The notes under the pieces: model-generated | Told to the model about the DNA's origin: nothing | Database searches by the model: none | The model's input: the letters and a program-made list of their open reading frames with translations, nothing else | Source: an uncultured bacterium | Lineage (GTDB): Bacteria; Actinomycetota; Actinomycetes; S36-B12; UBA10799 | Reading direction: 5' to 3' | Assembly: GCA_965651595.1 (NCBI GenBank) | Contig: CBFGTA010000019.1 | Location: forward strand, 1 to 24,000 | DNA: 24,000 bases | Position numbers and translations under genes: made by a program | In this document: positions 1-9,056 of the stretch, piece after piece | Layout of the letters: the number at the start of each line of letters is the position of its first letter | Numbering within the stretch: position 1 is the first letter of the stretch

Positions 1-2026
1 TGACTACGTCCCCGCGGGCGACCAACCACAAGCGATCGAAGAGCTAGCGGAGAAGATCCAGGCCGGGACTGAGCACGTGGTGCTGCTTGGCGCGACGGGC
101 ACCGGCAAGAGTGCGACAACGGCGTGGCTGATCGAACGCCTGCAGAGACCCACATTGGTGATGGCACCCAACAAGACGCTCGCCGCGCAGCTGGCCAACG
201 AGTTCCGGGAACTGCTTCCCCACAACGCAGTCGAATACTTCGTTTCCTACTACGACTACTACCAGCCTGAAGCCTATATCCCTCAGACAGACACATATAT
301 TGAGAAGGATTCGTCGATCAACGAGGAAGTCGAACGACTCCGTCACAGCGCTACGAACAGCCTGCTCACTCGACGTGACTGCGTCGTCGTGGCCACCGTG
401 AGCGCGATCTACGGCCTCGGAACGCCGCAGGAGTACGTCGATCGGATGGTGACGCTGCGGGTGGGTCAAGAAGTTCCTCGCAACGACTTGCTACGACAGC
501 TAGTGGGCATTCAGTACAGCCGCAATGACCTCGCGTTCACTCGGGGAACTTTCCGGGTACGGGGTGACACTGTCGAGATCTTCCCGGTTTACGAACTCCA
601 TCCGATTCGGGTAGAGATGTTCGGCGATGAAATCGAACGCTTGATGACGCTACATCCAGTTACGGGCGAGATCCTCACAGAGGACGCCGAGCTGTACATC
701 TTCCCCGCCACGCACTATGTCGCCGGTCCAGAACGAATGGCGCGAGCGATGGACGCGATTTCGGAGGAACTCGCTGTTCGCCTGGGGCAGTTGCGTTCCA
801 CGGGGAAGCTCCTGGAGGCTCAGCGACTTGAGATGCGCACGACGTACGACTTGGAAATGATGCAACAACTAGGCTTTTGTTCCGGCATTGAAAACTATAG
901 TCGCCACATTGATGGACGCCCGGCCGGTTCTGCACCCCATTGCCTGCTCGACTACTTCCCGGAGGACTTTCTCCTCGTCATTGACGAATCGCACGTTACC
1001 GTTCCCCAAATCGGTGGCATGTACGAAGGCGACATGTCACGGAAACGGATGTTGGTGGAACACGGATTTCGTTTGCCGTCGGCCATGGACAATCGCCCCC
1101 TGACGTTCACGGAATTTTCTGAGCGAGTCCGCCAAACTGTCTACTTGTCGGCCACCCCAGGGGACTACGAACTCACGGCGGCAGAAGGAGAGTTCGTCGA
1201 ACAAGTCATTCGGCCCACGGGACTGATCGATCCTTTGATCACGGTCAAGCCAACCACCGGCCAAGTGGACGATCTCTACGAGCAGATTCGCCTGCGCGCA
1301 GCTCGCAACGAACGGGTATTGGTGACCACCTTGACCAAGAAGATGGCCGAAGACTTGACCGAGTACTTGGTCGAGCAAGGCGTCCGCGCCGAGTATCTTC
1401 ACTCGGAGATTGACACGTTGAGGCGGGTGGAACTACTCAAGGAGTTGCGCCTCGGGACTTTCGACGTGCTGGTGGGGATCAACCTGCTGCGTGAGGGACT
1501 CGACTTGCCGGAAGTCAGCCTGGTTTCCATTCTGGACGCCGATAAGGAAGGCTTCTTGCGTTCGGTGCGTAGCCTCATCCAGACCATCGGTCGCGCTGCA
1601 CGTCATGTGAGCGGAGAGGTCCACATGTATGCCGACCACGTGACCGACTCAATGCGTTCAGCAATCGACGAAACCAATCGGCGCCGAGTTCGTCAACTCG
1701 ACTACAACGCAGAACATGGCATCGATCCGACTCCCTTGCGCAAGGCAATCGCCGACATTACCGACATGCTGGCCCGGGAGGATGCTGATACCGAACAACT
1801 TCTCCACGGTTCCGATGGCCAGCGCCGTGAGCTCGTTTCGGTGCCAGTAGAGTTCACTGGCTCCCTCAGCACGGCAGCCAGCGATTTGGCCGGCGTGATT
1901 CAGGAGTTGACCGACAACATGCACGAGGCCGCCGAGAGACTCAATTTTGAACTGGCGGCCCGCTTGCGAGACGAGATCGCGGACTTGAAGCGTGAGCTGC
2001 GAGTGATGCGGGAAGTGGAGGGCTAG
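1..2026 (+). CDS. uvrB: Excinuclease ABC subunit B (UvrB), 5' end cut by the window edge
   Basis: The frame is open from nt 2 ([15 protein letters not shown]... precedes the first Met of the listed 77..2026 ORF). Motifs: Walker A GATGTGKS, helicase motif [25 protein letters not shown] region, C-terminal UVR coiled coil [20 protein letters not shown] stop at 2024-2026. Confidence 0.97.
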   Translation, partial: DYVPAGDQPQAIEELAEKIQAGTEHVVLLGATGTGKSATTAWLIERLQRPTLVMAPNKTLAAQLANEFRELLPHNAVEYFVSYYDYYQPEAYIPQTDTYIEKDSSINEEVERLRHSATNSLLTRRDCVVVATVSAIYGLGTPQEYVDRMVTLRVGQEVPRNDLLRQLVGIQYSRNDLAFTRGTFRVRGDTVEIFPVYELHPIRVEMFGDEIERLMTLHPVTGEILTEDAELYIFPATHYVAGPERMARAMDAISEELAVRLGQLRSTGKLLEAQRLEMRTTYDLEMMQQLGFCSGIENYSRHIDGRPAGSAPHCLLDYFPEDFLLVIDESHVTVPQIGGMYEGDMSRKRMLVEHGFRLPSAMDNRPLTFTEFSERVRQTVYLSATPGDYELTAAEGEFVEQVIRPTGLIDPLITVKPTTGQVDDLYEQIRLRAARNERVLVTTLTKKMAEDLTEYLVEQGVRAEYLHSEIDTLRRVELLKELRLGTFDVLVGINLLREGLDLPEVSLVSILDADKEGFLRSVRSLIQTIGRAARHVSGEVHMYADHVTDSMRSAIDETNRRRVRQLDYNAEHGIDPTPLRKAIADITDMLAREDADTEQLLHGSDGQRRELVSVPVEFTGSLSTAASDLAGVIQELTDNMHEAAERLNFELAARLRDEIADLKRELRVMREVEG

Positions 2027-3093
2027 TGGTCCAGGTGCCGCTTTGGATTTGGATGGCCACGATCGGTGCCATCATCGCCCTGTTCGCACTCGACTTCTTC
2101 GTGTCACGCAAACCGCACCATGTGTCCATCAAGGAGGCAACAGCCTGGAGCCTGTTCTATGTGATTGTGGCGATCGGTTTCGGGATCGGCGTCTGGGCCT
2201 ACAAGGGATCGCAGTCAGGGACGGAATTCTTCGCGGCGTACCTAGTAGAAAAGAGCCTGTCCGTCGACAACCTGTTCGTCTTCGCGATCATTCTCACTCG
2301 ATTCAAAGTTCCCGACTTCTTACAGCACCGAGTTCTGCTGATCGGAATCGCTCTCGCTCTCGTATTCAGAGCCGTCTTTATCGCTATTGGGGCGACAGCC
2401 CTGCACTACTTCTCCTTCACTTTCGTGATCTTTGGGGCACTGCTGATCTGGACGGGTGTCCAACTCGCGCGCCATTGGAATGAGGACCCAGAGCCGGTAG
2501 ATAACTTCCTGATTCGCACGGTCAAACGTCGGTGGCGATTCACCGACGAATTCCACAACTACCGCCTCACCATTTCCGAAGGAGGCCAGCGGCTCGCCAC
2601 TCCGATGCTGCTGGTGATCATCGCAGTGGGCTCAACGGACATTCTGTTTGCCCTCGATTCCATCCCGGCCACGTTCGGTGTCACCCAGAACGCCTATCTC
2701 GTCTTCACCGCGAACGCCTTCGCGCTGCTCGGCCTGCGGGCGCTCTACTTCCTGCTCAAGGGACTGCTCGATCGGCTGGTATACCTGTCCCTGGGCCTGG
2801 CGCTGATCCTGGTGTTCATCGGCTTCAAACTCATCATCACTTTCGCCCACGAAATCGAGGAATCGATTCCGAAGATTCCGACCATGGCTTCGCTAGCGCT
2901 GATCGTCCTAATCTTGGTGGTGACGGCGATCGCCAGCCTCGTTCGCTCAAGCCGTGACCCGTCCGCACGGGCCGCCGCTGGCGTGGTGCTGAAGCGGCAG
3001 GCGCGGGACCCCGCTGCCGATGATGCGGCCGCACCCGATTTTGGGCAGCAGCCGAACAATGGAGACTACACTCCACCGGAAGAGCGCACATAG
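2026..3093 (+). CDS. TerC-family integral membrane protein
   Basis: 355-aa polytopic membrane protein with TerC-type motifs EKSLSVDNLFVF and STDILFALDSIPA and a charged Pro/Ala-rich C-terminal tail. The GTG start overlaps the uvrB stop by 1 nt. Confidence 0.8.
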   Translation: MVQVPLWIWMATIGAIIALFALDFFVSRKPHHVSIKEATAWSLFYVIVAIGFGIGVWAYKGSQSGTEFFAAYLVEKSLSVDNLFVFAIILTRFKVPDFLQHRVLLIGIALALVFRAVFIAIGATALHYFSFTFVIFGALLIWTGVQLARHWNEDPEPVDNFLIRTVKRRWRFTDEFHNYRLTISEGGQRLATPMLLVIIAVGSTDILFALDSIPATFGVTQNAYLVFTANAFALLGLRALYFLLKGLLDRLVYLSLGLALILVFIGFKLIITFAHEIEESIPKIPTMASLALIVLILVVTAIASLVRSSRDPSARAAAGVVLKRQARDPAADDAAAPDFGQQPNNGDYTPPEERT

Positions 3094-3114
3094 AAGTACG
3101 CCACGGCGGGCCGC

Positions 3115-3786
3115 TTACCAGCCGCGGGCCAGCCAATCGTCGAGGCTGGCGCGCTCGCGGCTCAAGGTCGTGTCGGCCCCATGGCCGGGATATACCCACG
3201 CCTCGTCGTAGGTGTTGAAGATTTCGTCCCGAATACTCGTGAACAGTTGGTGGAAGCGCTCGGTATCGTTCCAGGTATTGCCGATACCTCCTGGGAACAG
3301 GCAGTCACCCGTGAAGATGTGGACACCGTCTGGCCCCGCGTCAACGATGGTGACGACCGATCCGTCCGTATGCCCGGCAAACACCCGCACCTTCAGAGTG
3401 AGCTGACCGAGCTCGACTGCATCCCCATCGACGAGAGTGCGAACGGTCGGGACGGGAATACCCGGAGCATCGATGGCGCTGGCGATGGTCGCCGCCCCGG
3501 TAGCCGCCGCAACAGGCGCCAAGGCCTGCCAGTGGTCCCCATGGTTGTGGGTCGTGAGGATCCAGTCAAGGTTGTCGCCCACCAAGTCCAACAACGTATC
3601 TGGGTCGTTCGCGGCGTCAATCAAACCTTGCCTGCCCGTGGCACGGCACCGGAGGAGATAGGCATTGTTGTCGAGCGGTCCGACCGCCACCTTGGTGACT
3701 GTCAGGTCATTGAGTTGTCGCACTGCAGGTTCGCCGCCGACGCTGGTCTCACCGGTGTAGACGGGCGTTGATTCAGATGCTGCCAT
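3115..3786 (-). CDS. MBL-fold metallo-hydrolase (glyoxalase II-like)
   Basis: 223 aa with the HxHxDH zinc motif THNHGDHW, followed by later GHTDGS, GD and PGHG motifs typical of the metallo-beta-lactamase fold. TAA stop at 3115-3117. Convergent with the TerC gene. Confidence 0.85.
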   Translation of the reverse strand: MAASESTPVYTGETSVGGEPAVRQLNDLTVTKVAVGPLDNNAYLLRCRATGRQGLIDAANDPDTLLDLVGDNLDWILTTHNHGDHWQALAPVAAATGAATIASAIDAPGIPVPTVRTLVDGDAVELGQLTLKVRVFAGHTDGSVVTIVDAGPDGVHIFTGDCLFPGGIGNTWNDTERFHQLFTSIRDEIFNTYDEAWVYPGHGADTTLSRERASLDDWLARGW

Positions 3787-3855
3787 GCGTGCATTGTGGC
3801 ATGAGTTGACGATTCTCCGTCTCTGTCGAACGGGGTTTGCACCAGTTCACTTGAT

Positions 3856-3866
3856 GGTGAGTAATG
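3856..3866. repeat. Left terminal inverted repeat of the IS (GGTGAGTAATG)
   Basis: Exact reverse complement of 6164-6174. The GTGAGT core recurs as direct copies at 3887-3892 and 3904-3909. Confidence 0.7.
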
Positions 3867-3903
3867 CTATGCGTACAGGCGTTCTAGTGAGTGTTTTGGG
3901 CTG

Positions 3904-4533
3904 GTGAGTTTGACTGGGTGGGCACGGCAGCAGGGAGTGTATCCGCAGACCGCTTATCGGTGGTTTCGTGGGGGAACGTTGCCGGTGCCTGCGGTGCGGG
4001 TGAGCTCGCGCTCGGTGTTGGTATCTGCGGATGCGCCCGTTCGGGCGGAAGCAACTGCCTATGGCCTGTACGCGCGGGTGTCGTCGCACGACCGGAAGGA
4101 TGATCTGGATCGGTAGGTAGCTCGACTCACGAAGTGGGCGGCAGACGCGGGCGGTCACGTGGTGAGGGTGGTGTCCGAGGTCGGCTCGGGGGTGAACGGC
4201 ACCCGCACCAAGGTCCGTAGGATGCTCGCGGACCCGAAGGTGATCGCTGTGGTGGTCGAGCGTCGAGGTCGCCTGGGTCGAATGAACACGGAATTGATCG
4301 AGTCAGCGCTCGCTGCCCACGGCAGGCGACTTGTTGTGCTCGATGAGGGTGAGGTAGATGACGATCTGGTGCGGGACATGGTGGAAGTGCTCACCTCGTT
4401 GTGTGCGCGTCTTTACGGTCGCCGGTGGGCGCGCAGCCGTGCGTTGAAGGCGGTGGGTTGCGCGCAGCGTGACATCGGGCCTGGGTCGATTGTCAGTGGC
4501 GGCGTGCATACTGGCCGTCGGGAGGTGCGGTAA
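3904..4533 (+). pseudogene. tnpA: IS607-type serine recombinase TnpA, interrupted by an in-frame TAG at 4114-4116
   Basis: ORFs 3904..4116 and 4159..4533 share one frame. Reading through gives an MerR-like HTH (WARQQGVYPQTAYRWFRGGTLPVPAVRV), the catalytic YARVSSHDRKDDLDR motif, then TAG, then VARLTKWAADAGGHVVRVVSEVGSGVNG...CARLYGRRWARSRA. The stop falls inside the resolvase catalytic domain. Confidence 0.85.
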
Positions 4534-4778
4534 TGGCGAAGATGGGGGAATTGAAGCGGGCTTATGTGCGCAGGGAGCGCAAGGCCAGGTTGTGTGCTGA
4601 GTTGTCCGAGTCGTTGGTGGACAGTGTGCACGAGGCGTGGTTTCAGGGACTTGTCCAGGGGCTAACCGAACAGCAAGTCCGAGCCCGTATCCAGCGAGAA
4701 CACCAAGCGCTGCGAGCTGCTGGCACGTATCGGGCAGCGCTGATAGCACGACGTGGCATTGGGCAACTCGATGGCTAG
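4533..4778 (+). CDS. Hypothetical 81-aa protein encoded between tnpA and tnpB
   Basis: The ATG at 4533 overlaps the tnpA TAA by 1 nt. GGAGG at 4521-4525 lies 7 nt upstream of it. The TAG at 4776-4778 overlaps the tnpB ATG (4771) region. The predicted protein is charged and probably helical. I recognise no family. Confidence 0.45.
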   Translation: MAKMGELKRAYVRRERKARLCAELSESLVDSVHEAWFQGLVQGLTEQQVRARIQREHQALRAAGTYRAALIARRGIGQLDG

Positions 4779-6159
4779 GTTCGAGGTTCCCCAGGGCTGG
4801 AGTGTGCAGGCGTTCCAGTTCACGCTGGATCTCACTGCTGATCAGGCCGCGGGCGTGCGCCGCCAGTTCGGCGGTCGCCGGTTTGCGCGTAACTGGGCGG
4901 TGCGCGCACTGAAAGCCGACTTGGACCGCTACCAGCGCACCGGCCAGCCCACGGATAGGCCGTCGTTGCCGGGGCTACGCAAGCGCTGGAACCAGGTCAA
5001 GGACACCGAATGCGTCGACCGTGACAGCGGTGAGGTGTGGTGGCCTGAAATCTCCAAAGAGGCGTTCGCTGATGGAATTAAGGCTGCGGTGGATGGCTAC
5101 TGGAACTGGCAGCAGTCCCGTACCGGTCGCCGGGCAGGTAAGCGTGTCGGGTTCCCCCGGTTCGCGAAGAAAGGGCGCGACCGGGACCGTGTCACGTTCA
5201 CCACCGGGGCGATCCGTGTCGAACCTGACCGCCGTCACGTCACTCTTCCCAGGGTTGGGACCGTGCGGGTGCACGAAAACACCCGACGCCTACAACGGTT
5301 GATCTCTAAGGATCGGGCGAGAATTTTGGCGGCAACCGTGTCCCGTAGAGGCACCCGCCTGGTTGTCGCGTTCCGTGTTCTGATCCAACGCCCACAACAA
5401 CCCGCCGTCACCGATCCAGGCTCCCGGGTGGGTGTCGACGTCGGTGTTCGAGTGCTGGCCACCGTCGCCTCCTCTGACGGTGTCGTGCTCGATCGGGTTG
5501 CGAACCCGCGCCCGTTGGAGGTGGCGCTCAAAGAACTGCGGCATCTGGGCCGACAACGGTCCCGTCGCACCATCGGGTCTCGCCGCTACATCGACACCCA
5601 AACCCAGATCACCCGGCTGCAACGGCGTGTCGGTGATATTCGTGCCCACCACATCCACGTCCTAACTTCGCACCTTGCCAAGACCCACGGCGAGATCGTG
5701 GTCGAAGGTTTGGACGCGGCGGGCATGCTGCGACAAAAAGGGCTCAACGGGGCACGTGCACGACGGCGTGGCCTGTCGGACTCCGCTCTCGGTCAGACCC
5801 GCCGCCAGTTGGCCTACAAGACCAGCTGGTACGGATCGGCGCTGGTGGTCGCTGACCGCTGGTACCCGTCATCGAAAACCTGCCACGCCTGCCAGAGCGT
5901 GCAGGAGATCGGCTGGAACGAGCACTGGCAATGCAACACCTGCGGCCTTACGCATCAGCGTGACGACAACGCCGCGATCAACCTCGCGCGCTACGAGCCA
6001 CCCAACCCCGGTGATAGCGCCGTCGGCCCAGTCAGGGCCGCCGTCAAGCGTGGAGCCGACCATAAGACCGGGCCCCGCCCGGCAGGTGGCCGTGAAGCGC
6101 GGAAGGGAAACCACCACCCGGTGGTCGAACAACCCCGAGACGGGGTGCCAATGGGATGA
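4771..6159 (+). CDS. tnpB: TnpB (OrfB_IS605-type RuvC-like RNA-guided endonuclease), intact
   Basis: 462 aa from ATG 4771 ([10 protein letters not shown]...; an upstream in-frame GTG exists at 4753). RuvC-I VGVDVG (Asp codon 5437-5439), RuvC-II IVVEGLD (Glu codon 5704-5706), zinc finger CHAC...CNTC, Ruv[13 protein letters not shown] (5959-5985). There are no frameshifts or internal stops. Confidence 0.93.
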   Translation: MARFEVPQGWSVQAFQFTLDLTADQAAGVRRQFGGRRFARNWAVRALKADLDRYQRTGQPTDRPSLPGLRKRWNQVKDTECVDRDSGEVWWPEISKEAFADGIKAAVDGYWNWQQSRTGRRAGKRVGFPRFAKKGRDRDRVTFTTGAIRVEPDRRHVTLPRVGTVRVHENTRRLQRLISKDRARILAATVSRRGTRLVVAFRVLIQRPQQPAVTDPGSRVGVDVGVRVLATVASSDGVVLDRVANPRPLEVALKELRHLGRQRSRRTIGSRRYIDTQTQITRLQRRVGDIRAHHIHVLTSHLAKTHGEIVVEGLDAAGMLRQKGLNGARARRRGLSDSALGQTRRQLAYKTSWYGSALVVADRWYPSSKTCHACQSVQEIGWNEHWQCNTCGLTHQRDDNAAINLARYEPPNPGDSAVGPVRAAVKRGADHKTGPRPAGGREARKGNHHPVVEQPRDGVPMG

Positions 6160-6200
6160 ACACCATTACTCACCCATTGGCAACGGTCTCAAGTACCCTG
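6000..6200 (+). ncRNA. Candidate TnpB omega RNA (reRNA) scaffold plus guide. Coordinates are only approximate.
   Basis: Position is the 3' end of tnpB up to and past the right IS end, as in characterised TnpB systems. Four GC-rich hairpins are visible: CCGGG/CCCGG 6068-6082, CCACC/GGTGG 6111-6124, CCCCG/CGGGG 6133-6145, CCAATGGG/CCCATTGG 6148-6180. No covariance or expression evidence is available. Confidence 0.3.
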
Positions 6201-9056
6201 GCTCGAGTGGGAGACAAGCTCATCGTCCGCGGTGCTCGCGAACACAACTTGCGCAACGTAGCGGTCGAACTGCCCCGAGACGCGCTCATCGTGTTCACCG
6301 GATTGTCCGGATCGGGAAAGTCAAGTCTGGCGTTCGATACGATCTTTGCCGAAGGTCAACGCCGCTACGTCGAAAGTCTTTCGGCCTATGCACGGCAGTT
6401 TCTCGGACAAATGGACAAGCCCGATGTCGACTTCATCGAAGGCTTGTCTCCGGCGGTTGCGATCGACCAGAAATCCACTTCCCGCAATCCGCGTTCCACT
6501 GTGGGGACGATCACCGAGGTCTACGACTACTTGCGACTTCTCTACGCTCGCATTGGTAAGCCACACTGTCCCGAGTGTGGGGACCCGATCCGCCGTCAAA
6601 CTCCCCAACAAATCGTGGATCAGATACTGGGACTGCCCGAAGGCACGCGCTTCCAGGTCCTCGCCCCAGTGGTGCGCGGCCGCAAGGGCGAATTCGTCGA
6701 ACTGTTCCGAACGCTCCAAACGCAGGGGTACTCGCGGGTGCGAGTGGATGGACAAACGTATTCCCTCGCCGAGCCACCGGTGCTAAAGAAACAAGAGAAA
6801 CACTCTGTCGACGTCGTTGTTGATCGGCTCGCAGTGAAGCCGTCGGCTCAGACTCGATTGACCGATTCTGTCGAAACTGCCTTGCAACTTGCCGATGGTC
6901 TCGTCGTGTTGGAATTCGTTGATTCAGACCCCGACGATTTGGCCAGGGAACGGACGTTCAGTGAACACCTCGCCTGTCCTCGCGACGGAATTTCGTTCGA
7001 AGAACTCGAACCGCGCAGTTTCTCGTTCAACTCCCCGTTCGGGGCGTGCCCGGCCTGCACGGGCCTGGGAAACAAGATGGAAGTCGACCCGGAACTAGTG
7101 ATTCCCGATCCGTGCCGGTCCATTCGTGATGGCGCAATCGCACCCTGGGGCCACGGTTCAATGTCGACCTACTTCGAACGCATTCTGGAGGCCTTGGCGG
7201 AGGAACTCGATTTCGATCTTGATGCCGCGTGGGAAGATGTGGATCAGGAAGTGCGGTCGACCATTCTGAACGGGCGGGGAGACTCGGTGACGGTGAAGTT
7301 CCGCAACCGATTCGGGCGTGAACGGTCGTACACGACGGGATTCGAGGGCGTGCTGCCGTTCGTGGAACGTCGCCACCGTGAGTCGGACTCGGATTCGAGC
7401 CGGGAACGATTCGCCGGATTCATGCGGGAAGTCCCGTGTCCCGCGTGTGCAGGTGCTCGCCTGAAGCCCCTGAGTCTGGCCGTTCGCATCGAAGATCGCT
7501 CGATTGCTGATATCGCCGCCCTGCCGATTGGCGAGTGTGCCGACTTCTTGGGTGGGCTCAGCCTGGAGGCACGGGAGGCGACCATCGCTTCCCGGGTGCT
7601 CAAGGAGGTCAACGAGCGGTTGACGTTCCTCAAAGATGTGGGGTTGGACTACCTCACACTCGATCGATCGGCGGGCACGTTGGCCGGGGGGGAAGCCCAA
7701 CGAATCCGTTTGGCCACCCAGATCGGTAGTGGACTAGTCGGAGTGCTTTATGTGCTCGACGAGCCCAGCATCGGACTGCACCAACGAGACAATCGTCGGC
7801 TGATCGACACCTTGGTTCGCCTGCGAGACATGGGCAACACTTTGATCGTCGTCGAACACGACGAGGACACCATCAAGGCCGCCGACTGGGTCGTCGACAT
7901 CGGCCCAGGCGCCGGTGAGCACGGCGGGCAAGTGGTGGTCAGTGGCAGTCTGCCCGAGCTGATCTCGCACCCGGACAGCGAGACGGGCGCCTATCTGTCA
8001 GGGCGCAAGTCGATCGAGGTACCTGCCGAACGACGTCCCCCCGATCCCGACCGAGTCCTGACAGTCGTTGGGGCCCGAGAAAACAACCTCCAAGACATCA
8101 CGGTGTCCTTTCCGCTCGGTTGTCTCGTCGCTGTGACGGGAGTGTCGGGGTCGGGTAAGTCAACCCTGGTCAACGAGATTGTTTACCGAGCCCTGGCCCG
8201 GGAACTCAACCGGAACCGGACGGTGCCGGGGCGACATGTTCGCATCGACGGTATCGAAAACATCGACAAAGTCGTGCACGTCGATCAGAGTCCCATCGGC
8301 CGCACGCCCCGATCCAACCCGGCTACCTACACCGGCGTATTCGATCATGTCCGCAAACTGTTCGCCGCTACGGAAGAGGCCAAAGTTCGGGGATACCAGC
8401 AGGGCCGGTTTTCTTTCAACGTCAAGGGTGGTCGGTGCGAGGCGTGTCGGGGTGATGGGACCATCCGCATCGAAATGAACTTTCTGCCCGACGTCTACGT
8501 GCCGTGCGAAGTGTGCAAGGGTGCGCGCTACAACCGAGAGACCCTCGAGGTGCACTACAAAGGTAAGACGATAGCCGAAGTGCTAGCTATGCCGATCGCG
8601 GAAGCTGCGAATTTCTTCACGGCGGTTCCCACCATCCACCGGCATCTGGCGACACTCATCGATGTAGGTCTGGGCTACGTACGGCTCGGGCAGCCAGCGC
8701 CCACCTTGTCGGGTGGGGAGGCTCAGCGGGTGAAACTCGCCACCGAACTCCACAAGCGATCGACCGGACGGACTATCTACGTTCTCGACGAACCAACCAC
8801 CGGCTTACACTTCGAGGACATTCGCAAACTGTTGGTCGTCCTCAACCGACTCGTCGACAATGGGAACACCGTCGTTGTGATCGAACACAACCTAGATGTC
8901 ATCAAGACCGCCGACTGGGTCATCGATTTGGGCCCAGAAGGAGGATCGGGTGGTGGAACATTAGTAGCGGAAGGGACTCCGGAACAGGTGGCCGCGGTCG
9001 ACGCGAGCCATACCGGTAGGTTCTTGAGTGAGATGGTCCAAGGAGGAGCCGGATGA
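6156..9056 (+). CDS. uvrA: Excinuclease ABC subunit A (UvrA)
   Basis: 966-aa ORF with [11 protein letters not shown], two Walker A motifs ([25 protein letters not shown]), two ABC signatures ([16 protein letters not shown]) and zinc-finger cysteines (CPECG, CPACAG, CEAC...CEVC). The start is uncertain. ATG 6156 lies inside the IS right end. The in-frame TTG 6177 and GTG 6207 lie outside the terminal repeat. Confidence 0.97.
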   Translation: MNTITHPLATVSSTLARVGDKLIVRGAREHNLRNVAVELPRDALIVFTGLSGSGKSSLAFDTIFAEGQRRYVESLSAYARQFLGQMDKPDVDFIEGLSPAVAIDQKSTSRNPRSTVGTITEVYDYLRLLYARIGKPHCPECGDPIRRQTPQQIVDQILGLPEGTRFQVLAPVVRGRKGEFVELFRTLQTQGYSRVRVDGQTYSLAEPPVLKKQEKHSVDVVVDRLAVKPSAQTRLTDSVETALQLADGLVVLEFVDSDPDDLARERTFSEHLACPRDGISFEELEPRSFSFNSPFGACPACTGLGNKMEVDPELVIPDPCRSIRDGAIAPWGHGSMSTYFERILEALAEELDFDLDAAWEDVDQEVRSTILNGRGDSVTVKFRNRFGRERSYTTGFEGVLPFVERRHRESDSDSSRERFAGFMREVPCPACAGARLKPLSLAVRIEDRSIADIAALPIGECADFLGGLSLEAREATIASRVLKEVNERLTFLKDVGLDYLTLDRSAGTLAGGEAQRIRLATQIGSGLVGVLYVLDEPSIGLHQRDNRRLIDTLVRLRDMGNTLIVVEHDEDTIKAADWVVDIGPGAGEHGGQVVVSGSLPELISHPDSETGAYLSGRKSIEVPAERRPPDPDRVLTVVGARENNLQDITVSFPLGCLVAVTGVSGSGKSTLVNEIVYRALARELNRNRTVPGRHVRIDGIENIDKVVHVDQSPIGRTPRSNPATYTGVFDHVRKLFAATEEAKVRGYQQGRFSFNVKGGRCEACRGDGTIRIEMNFLPDVYVPCEVCKGARYNRETLEVHYKGKTIAEVLAMPIAEAANFFTAVPTIHRHLATLIDVGLGYVRLGQPAPTLSGGEAQRVKLATELHKRSTGRTIYVLDEPTTGLHFEDIRKLLVVLNRLVDNGNTVVVIEHNLDVIKTADWVIDLGPEGGSGGGTLVAEGTPEQVAAVDASHTGRFLSEMVQGGAG
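6164..6174. repeat. Right terminal inverted repeat of the IS (CATTACTCACC)
   Basis: Exact reverse complement of 3856-3866. It lies in the loop and 3' arm of the hairpin CCAATGGG(6148-6155)/CCCATTGG(6173-6180). Confidence 0.7.

Larger units (their letters stand above)
3856..6174 (+). mobile_element. IS607-family insertion sequence (tnpA pseudogene + small ORF + tnpB). Boundaries are approximate, +/- about 10 nt.
   Basis: Gene content is an MerR-HTH serine recombinase followed by a TnpB/OrfB. It is bounded by the perfect 11-bp inverted repeat GGTGAGTAATG (3856-3866) / CATTACTCACC (6164-6174), each with a GG/CC at its outer edge. It looks more GC-rich by eye than the flanking core genes. It interrupts the divergent MBL-hydrolase/uvrA intergenic region. 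Confidence 0.8.

Noticed and set aside
3826-3841. TCGAAC-GGGG-TTTGCA, resembling an actinobacterial LexA/SOS box (TCGAAC-N4-GTTCGA), in the region that would have been upstream of uvrA before IS insertion
   Set aside because: Only the left half-site matches. The right half matches 3 of 6 positions, which is not enough to call an SOS box.
3851-3855. TTGAT immediately 5' of the left terminal repeat, identical to the TAM/target motif of ISDra2 TnpB
   Set aside because: ISDra2 is an IS200/IS605 (Y1 transposase) element, whereas this one is IS607-type with a serine recombinase. A 5-mer match is expected by chance. It is only worth revisiting if other copies share the same left flank.
4114-4116. 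In-frame TAG in tnpA as programmed recoding (for example pyrrolysine or read-through)
   Set aside because: TAG is used as the terminator of about nine other genes in this window (uvrB, TerC, Rieske, uvrC, whiA, secG, rbpA, pgl and others). No pyl genes or recoding signal are visible. A simple nonsense mutation is the simplest explanation.
7686-7692. G7 homopolymer inside the first ABC signature motif of uvrA (LAGGEAQR), as a possible slip-strand mutator switch
   Set aside because: Runs of similar length occur in unrelated genes of the same window (C7 at 17169-17175 in pgk, C7 at 21714-21720, C6 at 8037-8042). This is background composition rather than a specific contingency tract.
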